This document shows, piece by piece, positions 54,465 through 64,000 of a DNA stretch of 64,000 nucleotides. How positions within the stretch are numbered: the first letter of the stretch is position 1; the number at the start of each line of letters is the position of its first letter. The position numbers and the translations under genes were made by a program. The notes below the pieces were generated by a model that saw only the letters and a list, made by a program, of their open reading frames with translations, ran no database searches and was not told the DNA's origin. Source of the stretch: Flaccisagitta enflata (lineage: Eukaryota); assembly GCA_965153355.1 (NCBI GenBank), contig OZ231126.1, positions 45,570,001 through 45,634,000 of the forward strand, written 5' to 3'.

Positions 54465-57110
54465 ACAATCCGATTATCACACAAATGGTCCCTGTGAAAA
54501 TCTGCACAAAAAAGTAATCCTGAGCCATTTCCAGTACAAATCTTTTTTTCTGGCCAGAAGCAGTGACATTGATCATGGCTCTTCCACGTCTCAACGCCCG
54601 AACGGCTGCCAATGAGGGATCTTCACCCATTCTGCTGCAACGTACCATGCCGCTTCTTCGTCTTTTCATCAGCTCCGTTTCACAACCAAATGCCACTCCA
54701 CCACCATCTACGATTATTCATCTTCAAGTATACACAATAACGGATGTCGAGGGATCATTACACTTCATCCATTTAGCCAGATTTCTATTATTGCAATGTG
54801 GAAATTAAAAGAAATTGACATGTAGGGACCAAATATATCCCTTATAGGCGGATTTCCATCACTGTTGGATTCGTTTTAGCGGGGTGTAAATGTATCACTT
54901 CTTCTTTACTTATTCTTCACTTAATTCTGAAAAAACATTCCTTCTCTTACATATTCCATGTCAACACCAGACGGTTATCTCCCTAAACCCTCACAACCAT
55001 TCAGTACTAACCGCAGCCAACACAGCGTGTAGTTCTCTCAAGTCTTTTCCGCACTATCCTTTCCTTAACAAATTTCGAACTGAGGAGAAAGGAAAAGATG
55101 TCTGACATGGAAAGTAAGCCAACCGGTAGGGTTCGTCGTATAATTTACTTGAAAATTGTAACATAATGCATATTGTCTTATTCAACCACTGTTCATGTTG
55201 GGAAATAAACTTGTTTGATTTGATTTGAAACCGTGGCAAAAGGTTGGAGGTTCTGTGGCATTATCATTTATCAAGGAGCATCATTCTAATCCTATCACTA
55301 CCAAAGGCATAGATTCGTGTTTCTGCCTTATGCCAGCTTTCGATAATTTGAATTGGCTATCTGAACAATTCAATGCAATGCAATGCAATTCGATTCAATG
55401 CAGCGCGTTGGTTCACTTGACAAATGATCTTTGCAGATTTCTACGCTCTTATTCTGTCTTTCCTCCGCAGAGACAAAAAGTGCACTCGAAATTGGGTGAT
55501 CGTTCGTCGACATACCGGAGCATTTGGCTATATCCGTACAAAATGCGCGTGTTGACTCTCTCGCCTTTTTAGCCTCATGATTCTCTGCTTACTCATTAGA
55601 AACCCATTTCGGCGTTTGAATGAATTATCTGTCGAAGTCGTTATTAGTAAATTAGAAACAAGATGCAACCTTCCAGAAGTCGTTAATCTACTATCAGTGG
55701 AATGCAATTCATACAGGCCGAGAAGCGCGATGTACGTTATAAATGATTGATGCAAATTTTCCCTTGCCTCCCTTCTGTCCCCTTCCTTTCGATGGCAGCG
55801 TCGAAAAGAGCGATCGAAATTGGGTGATCATCCATCCGCCTTTTTCTTACAATCTTAGGAAGGGAGTCATGAATTCATTGATGAAACCTTCGTCAGTTTC
55901 TTTACTTAGGTTTTTAGTTCATTTTCAATGATTGTAAATGACATTCGCTGTCACTATCATTATTCGTCATTTGTCATCATCTGTAAGCAATTAATACCAG
56001 TCGGAATCATTTGTCATCATCTGTTGGCAATTAGTACCAGTCGGGATCATTTGTCGTCCCGTCTTTTTTCCGCCTTTACGCCTCATTTTCTTCACCCCTC
56101 CTTTACTATCTAGAACAAAAGTATGTCGGCAAGATAAGAATCAGGTTGCATATCCATTAAATCATTAAGAAAACATCAATGAAACACATGTGATACTTTC
56201 TTTTAGTCTTGTGGACATCAAAACATTTCATCAATTGCATTGATATGCTTTTTTAGATGTATTTTGTTGTAGAACGACACGATCTCCTCTCATAACTTGA
56301 AAGCAGATTGTTTTTAAGCCCATGCTCAACGGTGTGAGCTCCCTTCTCCGCAGCTGTCTTCCAAACACTATCTAACATGACACTGGGTTAAGAGGGCGTG
56401 AGGACGTGACATGACTTCCGTTTGGCATCACAGAAGCAGCAAAAATTTCCTCAAATAACTGAAAAAAATTGTTTAGTCAAGTGTAGTAACTGATAGGAAA
56501 TAAAATGCAATTTTTCTGTCATTTTGCTTTTGGAGTAGCAATCTTGTTTTACTTGCCATTTCTAAACGAATTGAGATATAAGAACGCGGTTGGTGGCCTT
56601 AGCTCAGAAATTCGATGTAGTTTCAGAATCTCACCAATTTTTATGTGAATTTCTTGTTTTAAGCGGAGTTATGGTCCATAATGCTTGCCGACAAACATAT
56701 GTTCTAGATAGTACCGTCAAATGCTGTAGCCAAAGGACACGCGAATGCCATCAAGGATCATCTCTCTCTCTCTCTCTCCCTCTCTCTCTCTCTCTCTTAT
56801 AATGGTCAAGCCGGGTGCACCCAATTTTTTGTTTGATGAAGGCTAGAGGGACAGCGAAGTACTGTTTGTTCATCGTTGTCGTTAAGCGTAGAGAGCCTCC
56901 TCGCGCCATCTGTGGTGGCAATGGGGGAGACTCACGACGAAACAAATGACCTGAGGCCAGCGAATGGGGTCACTTCATGTATTACATTAAATGTCATTAA
57001 GATGTGAGTAAGAAGTGATTAATGCCATTCACTTACTAACCGTTGTACAAATAACGATGAACGAGTCCTAACTACGTTTAGGTGGAGGGCAGGGGTGTAA
57101 AGCGCCCATT

Positions 57111-57313
<203 letters not shown>

Positions 57314-58141
57314 GGCAAAAGATGATTCAAACAGAAAAACGGGTAGTCAGATCAAAGCTACATATAAACCGAGAAGCCATGTACCTGTATGTACCGCAAC
57401 TCGTTTTTCAAAATATCACTACTGATTTCCCGTTCGGGATAGAGTGAGTGACAGAGGAACAACATGTGATTTAGACTAAAGCACTAAAGAAAGACTTTTC
57501 GTATTTGTGTAAAAAAAAGAAAAAGAAAAAGAAAAAAGAACAAAAAAAAGACATTGCTGATGGAACCACATTACCCTCGTCTTCTCTATGAAATTCCCCT
57601 CCATCTCTTCATGGATACGTGCAAGCTATCCTGGTGGTCAGTTTTTTAGCCATCAGCCAAAATCTCTCTCTCCGGTCGGGTCTTAACCTGGATATGGCGG
57701 GGATAGAAAAAGACCCTACCACCAGGCAGTTGTCGGGCAAAAACTCGTAATTATGGAAAAGAGAAGGAGTTGGGGAAGTTTATGGAGATAAGTGGGGGAG
57801 GGGCGGGGTAGAGAAAAGGAAGAGAGGAGGGGTTGAGAATCGATTACGGGGTGGGAATGGAGATGGGGGTAGTGGATTAGGGTAGGGTGTGATGGACGCG
57901 GGGGAGGTAAGTGAGTGGTGGTAAGGGTAATGCAATGAGATATGTTCACAGAATTGAAATGGGGGATGTGGGGGTAGTAGAGGTTGATGGGGATGGGGAT
58001 GGTGTGTGGAAGAGGCAGTAGTAAGTATGGTCAGTAAATGGTGGGGGGGGGCGGAAGGGAAGAGGAGGCGATGGGTGAAAAGTGACAAGGGAAGCAAAGG
58101 TCGTGACAGGAGACTTGGGGGCAATTGGATTGATGGGACGT

Positions 58142-58253
<112 letters not shown>

Positions 58254-58352
58254 CATCATATTTTTTGCCCCAAAAGCAAAAAAAAAAGTGTTGAGAAAAA
58301 AAATGAGAGTAGATGTTAGTAGCTCGAGGTGTAATGGAGAAGCGGAAAGTGG

Positions 58353-58448
<96 letters not shown>

Positions 58449-58484
58449 CAGAGAGAAAGAGAGAGAGAGAGAAAAGAAATAAAA

Positions 58485-58564
<80 letters not shown>

Positions 58565-58595
58565 GGTCGTCCAGGGGCAATATGAGGATAGCGAT

Positions 58596-58667
<72 letters not shown>

Positions 58668-58698
58668 GGTCGCCCAGGGGCAATATGAGGATAGCGAT

Positions 58699-58774
<76 letters not shown>

Positions 58775-58782
58775 AGGAAAGA

Positions 58783-59128
58783 AAGAGGTCGCCCAGGGGC
58801 AATATGAGGATAGCGATACCCGTTGTCCTGCTTTGCATGATTGTGAATTGGAGTGAGAGGAAGCAGGGCAGCGGCTTTAAAGGGGATGAAGCCCTGTAGA
58901 ACTTTCATTCATCCGTCCATCCATCCGTCTGTCCGCCCCCTCCAGGCCCTCACAGGCCTGAAATCTGCCCTCTCAGGCCTTGAATCTGAGAGGGCAGATT
59001 TCAGGCCTGGAATGACAGATTTCAGGCTTGTGAGGGCCTGGGAGGGACTAACGGAAGAACCAACGAACAAACGAACGGACGAACGAAAATCCCCTGTGTT
59101 CTACAGGACTTCATCCGCTGCCCAAAAA
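58783..59128 (-). mobile_element. Family B element; its terminal ~35 bp is repeated twice more upstream
   Basis: IRs at ~58866 and ~59092-59123. GAGGTCGYCCAGGGGCAATATGAGGATAGCGATA occurs at ~58563, ~58666 and ~58784. Confidence 0.8.
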
Positions 59129-59142
59129 GAAAGAAAAAAAAG

Positions 59143-59175
<33 letters not shown>

Positions 59176-60096
59176 ACGAGAGGAAGAAAGAGAGAACGAG
59201 AGGAAGAAAGAGAGAACGAGAGGAAGAAAGAGAGAACGAGAGGAAGAGAGGAAGAGAGAAAGAGAGAAAGAGAGAAAGAGAGAAATAGAGAAAGAGAGAA
59301 AGAGAGAAAGAGAGAAAGAGAGAATAGAGAGACGGAAAAGAAGAAAAAAGAGGAAAAAAGAAGAAAGTGAGAAACTACAACCTTGTACAATAAAAATGAC
59401 AGCGTTGACGTTGAATCGTACGTAAAACTGAAAAGACGATTGCCGTGACACCTAGGGAACGACTCCATATAGATGAATTGGCTCAAGATGACGGTGACGA
59501 TGACGACGATGACGACGATCAAGGCGTTGACGACGACGGTGACGACGATAAAGACCACGTTGTGGACTTTGGCGAAGGCGGCGATATTTTGGCGGATTTA
59601 TATCGGTGGTGGTGGCGCCTTGGCTGGGATTCTGCCGACGTCAGCTTCCCCACAAGACGACGCACTTTGGAATCGAAATCTACAGTCCAACCCCGATCTT
59701 TAAATTCAGGAACTACTTACTTTTTTTTCTTTTGTTCTTTATTTTTTTTTCAGAAGGGGCACTCAGGGCATTCAAAAATCATACCTACAAATTTGGGGAT
59801 TGGACATCATATTGCATTTCAAAAAACTGAAAAAAAAATGCAAAGAAATGCAAAGAAATGCAAAAAAATGCAAAAAAATGCAAAAAAAACAAGGCCAAGA
59901 GATGTCCAATAGATGCGTCCTCCTTAGATATTTTATATTTCTTTTTTAGATACAAATTATTAAGATATAAAGATATTAGGATATAATGATATGAAGATAT
60001 AAAGATATTGAGATAAAGAGAAAAATATAAACTGATTCCTACCGCCCCCTACCCCCCTGCACCCCCAATCCCCCCCCCCATTCCCCACCACTGCTG

Positions 60097-60642
60097 TCTC
60101 ACACTAGGTTTGAGACAAGAATGATATAATATGCAGTTTTGCATTTTGCATAATTATGAGCATACAAAATAACAAGAATAAAATCTTTTCGCTTTTTGAA
60201 ATAAATGAAATTAATATTTTTACTTATAAAATTTTTCAGGCTGGTTTAACTTTTTTGATAGCATAATGTTAATCCTGATACTTTGATTCATTTGAGACAT
60301 ATGGTTTTTTCATAAGAAAAAATTTCATTTTCAAACCACCACAAAGTTAGAACGGTGGCCTAGAAAATGAAAAATTTATTTCTTATGAAAACCATATAGT
60401 GCGACCTATCAAATGAATCAGAATTTTATCAAGATTAACAATATACTCTCAAACAATAGATTAAACCAGCCTGAAATTTTTTTTATGAAAAATAAAGCTA
60501 AAAATAATGAATTTTTCATTTATATCAAAAAGCGCCTCTGGAAAGATTTTCTACTTGATAGTTCGTGGTTTGTACGCCCATGACCTATGCAAAAATGCAA
60601 AAAACCGCATAGTTATGTCATTCTTGTCTCAAAATGTGTGAG
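60097..60642. mobile_element. Fold-back palindromic element (~250-bp diverged arms)
   Basis: TCTCACAC..TTTGAGACAAGAATGA / TCATTCTTGTCTCAAA..GTGTGAGA; CAGGCTGGTTTAA / TTAAACCAGCCTG. Confidence 0.75.
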
Positions 60643-61709
60643 ATAAAGAGAATATAAACTGATTCCTATCGCCCCCCACGCCCCCTGCACCCCCAACCCC
60701 CAACGCCCCCCCAATTCCCCACCCCCCCCCCCACCCCCACTCCCCACGACTCCCCACCCCCCACACCTTGTCGCAAAGAGACATGAAGAGACTTGGAGAG
60801 ACATGAAGAAAATGAGGAAACATGAGGAGACATGAGAGACATGAAGAGACATGAAGAGACATAAGAGATATAAGAGATATAAGAGATATGAGTGATATAA
60901 GAAAAAAAAGAAACATAAGAGAAATAAGAGACATAAGAGACGTTAGACATTTAAGAGACATTTAAGAGACATATAAGAGACATATAAGAGACATATAGGA
61001 GACAAAAGAGACATAAGAGACGTAAGAGACATAAGAGACATAAGAGACATAGGAGATATAAGAGACATGAAGAGATTTGAAGAGAAATGAAGAGAAAACC
61101 CTAAAATTTGCCTTCAGAAAATTTCCTATCACGGATCTTCATACATACATACGGACAGAGCCTCTTATAGAGATGCGAGGACGCATCTAAAAAAGCAAAA
61201 AAATGCAAAATATTGCAAAAAAAAACCTCTCTCATGGCTTGTAGGCCGTTCTTCTTGACTGGCAGGTTCCCAGAGATAAACGCATTTGTACATGACATGA
61301 CTAAAAAAAATCTTTAGAAATTGATCCACCAACCGCGCATGGTTCATTACTGAAACAACCATGCCAGGGTGGGACGCCTCTTTTGACCGAAGGCGCGAAA
61401 GATGTTACGACCTCGGATTGGTCAGCGATTTTATCCAATCAAGTAAGCTTTGGTCCAATGGCGTTACTAAGGATGTTTCCTGCCTTCGGTTTCACCGGTG
61501 TTACGACTCTATGATGCCATGGTCAGCGGTTTTTCAGGCTTACTTCGCGGCAATAAGGCTTGCAGATTCAAGGCGGGTGTGTGTCCTCCAGTCCCCCACA
61601 TACCGGTGGGATTTGAATGCTGACCAATGTCTTTCAAGCAAACCTTGCAAATCTTTTGAAATCAAGTTTTTATTTTGCCGAACATCTTGAAAACAAAAAG
61701 TCTTCTATG

Positions 61710-62025
61710 CAGGCCTGTATATAGTTGCATATTCCCCCCCCCGGCAGGGGGGGGGGAATAAAATCAAAGGATTTGGACATGGGGAAGAAATTCAAAGGGT
61801 GGAAAAATGAAAAGATGTAAAATATAGAAGATTTTACACTTTTGGCAGTACTAAAATGTAATATTTAGTTACTACAACACTATTTTACACTATTCAAATC
61901 AATATATTACTATATAGGGGGTATATAGGGAACAAAATCATATGTAGATTGGCCCTGCGGGGAAGAAAAACAAAGGACCAGGGGGGGGAAAGAAATCAAA
62001 GGTCGTGCAACTATATACACCCCTG
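61710..62025. mobile_element. hAT-type MITE
   Basis: CAGGCCTGTATATAGTTGCA / TGCAACTATATACACCCCTG, with 8-bp TSD CTTCTATG/CTTTTATG (7 of 8). Confidence 0.85.
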
Positions 62026-62413
62026 CTTTTATGTACAAAAAATTCCTTATTATATCGGTTTTAAGAACTGGAACGCTCCTGGGGACACTCTCAGACAAAG
62101 GCTCTGCATTTTCTATACAAAATCATTGATAACCATTTTCTCTCTTTTATATTCATTCCAGAAATTTTTCATGATTTCTTTCTCGTTTTCGTTCTTCTTT
62201 CAAATTCTTTCAATGATTCGCTTTCTTTTTTTCTTTTTCATTTCTTTTCCAATTCTACAACTGCAGGATGCGCTATTGTGATTGTGCAGCGGTCCCAAGC
62301 GACAAAACGAGGAATTAATCACAAAATGGACGAAACAAAAAGGCAAACGGCGATTGTTCGCTTTCATACGTTGTTGTTGTTGTGCAGCTTCTTTTTCTCT
62401 TCTTCTTCTTCTT

Positions 62414-62631
62414 TTTTTAGTCGCGTGCACGCGACTCTACAACCCGCTTTGTCGGTCCGTCCATCCGTCGGTCCGTCGGTCCGTCCGTCCGTCCGTCCGT
62501 CCGTCACACTTTACTTTTTTGGGTTTTTGCGGTCTTTGGCCTCACTGCTCCTGCCCAAATGATGGAGTGGTCTCAAATATGGCCCCTGCCCACCCGCACG
62601 CGACTTGGGTAGCCGTGTATCCGGCCTTGTT
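62414..62631 (+). mobile_element. Family A Helentron/DINE-like element, reference copy. Others at ~1804, 3336-3792, 7935-8073, 8405-8557, 12895-13095, 22045-22229, 29420-29629, 31020-31215, 31573-31806, 39535-39725, 43478-43675, 45782-45908, 62651-62822
   Basis: 5' palindrome, GTCC microsatellite, 3' subterminal GCACGCGACT plus GCCG..CGGC hairpin, T-rich ends. This matches the established DINE-1/HINE layout. Confidence 0.85.
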
Positions 62632-63715
62632 CTTTTTCTTTTTCTTTTTCTTTTTTAGTTGCGGACACGCAACTCTATAATGGGCTTTGTCCTGGTCGGT
62701 CCGTCCGAGGTCCGCTGTCCGTCATCCATCGGTCCGTTGGTCCGTGAGCACGAATCAAAAGGGAAACGCGCATATCCGCCCCTGCCCAGTCAGCTCCTGT
62801 ATGCAGGTGTATGGCCTTGTTTCTTTTTCTTTTCTTTTTTTTCTTTTTTCTTTTTTCTTTTTCTTTGTTCTTTTTTCTTTTTTCTTTTTTCTTTTTTCTT
62901 TTTTCTTTTTTCTTTTTTCTTTTTTCTTTTTTCTTTTTTCTTTTTTCTTTACATCTTCTTTTTCTTCTTTTTCTTCTTCTTCTTCTTCTCCTTCTTATTC
63001 TTCATCTTCTTCTTCTTCTTTTTCTTCTTCTTCTTTAGCCCATTTGATATTTTGTCCGTTTGTTTTTCTATTTTGCACGCCAAATACAATCGTCCCTTGG
63101 AATCCCTTCCATTTTTTTTTGTTCTCTTCTCTCCGATGGTTTTGATTCATTTATCCCATTCAGAAATAGAGAACGGCCGCTTGGACAATCGTTCTTAGTT
63201 TTTGTCGTGGACAATTGTAAGAATTTGAATAGCTCCTGGGTCTTGTCTCTCCTCTTTTTCTGCATTCATTTGTTTATTCGTTTGCCGTCTGCTTTCAGCG
63301 GACAAAAGAACTACAGTTATACCCCGCTTTAACGGGTCCTAGAGCAACTATAACAGGTATGAGTTTTTGGTACCTTCATGTCATTTTTTTTTTTTTTGAA
63401 TATTTAAGTTGGCAATAATGGAAATACGCCTATAATGGATGAAATTTGTTGGTCCCATGACAGCTGTTATTGTAGGTTAAACCTCGCTCCAAGGGAACCG
63501 CTTTTAACAGAATTCTGCTTGTAATATATGCTAAGTTTTTGTTTCTTCAACTTGTTTTCTTTTATTTCATATCACATATGTTTGCTCAAACACAATGCTC
63601 TTTATGACAGATAAGATTAGTTTGTCCCTTGAAATCCATTGGAGTGGGATTCAACTGTAGCATTTTTCTTTCTCCTAGTTTTTTGTGTGATTATAATTCT
63701 TGCTGTTGCTGTTGC

Positions 63716-63751
<36 letters not shown>

Positions 63752-63777
63752 CGTTGTTGTTGTCGTTGTCGTTGTCG

Positions 63778-63889
<112 letters not shown>

Positions 63890-64000
63890 CGTTGTTGTTG
63901 TTGTTTTTTTTGATGATAATAGGAGATGCCTTGTTGCCTTTGAAATTCTGCGAGGTCTCATGACGCCCCTTATTAGGCCATGGCATTGATATTTTTTTCA

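Noticed and set aside
61261-61690. Balanced-composition segment with a 109-aa plus ORF and a possible minus-strand exon
   Set aside because: No motif and no frame continuity; cannot be supported without transcripts.

Overview
This is repeat-saturated eukaryotic (probably invertebrate) genomic DNA. I see no prokaryotic features, rRNA, tRNA or CRISPR arrays, and most ORF-track calls are microsatellite translations. (1) A complete minus-strand LTR element lies at 46467-52341, with 508-bp LTRs that look identical by eye, TG..CA ends, a CCATT target duplication and a PPT. It has no recognisable gag/pol. Instead it carries a reconstructable ~827-aa orphan ORF split by a nested insertion. In place of a tRNA primer-binding site it has an 11-13 nt tract complementary to its own LTR, a candidate for self-priming. 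(2) A spliced minus-strand gene missed as a whole by the ORF track (25344 to at least 19707) encodes a secreted precursor: signal peptide, acidic spacers, KK sites and four C-x7-C-x15-C-x4-C-type modules built by a ~1.15-kb tandem exon duplication. (3) The rest holds many Helentron/DINE-like non-autonomous elements of two families, several MITEs (hAT-, pogo/Tc2-, Sola-like), minisatellites and microsatellites.
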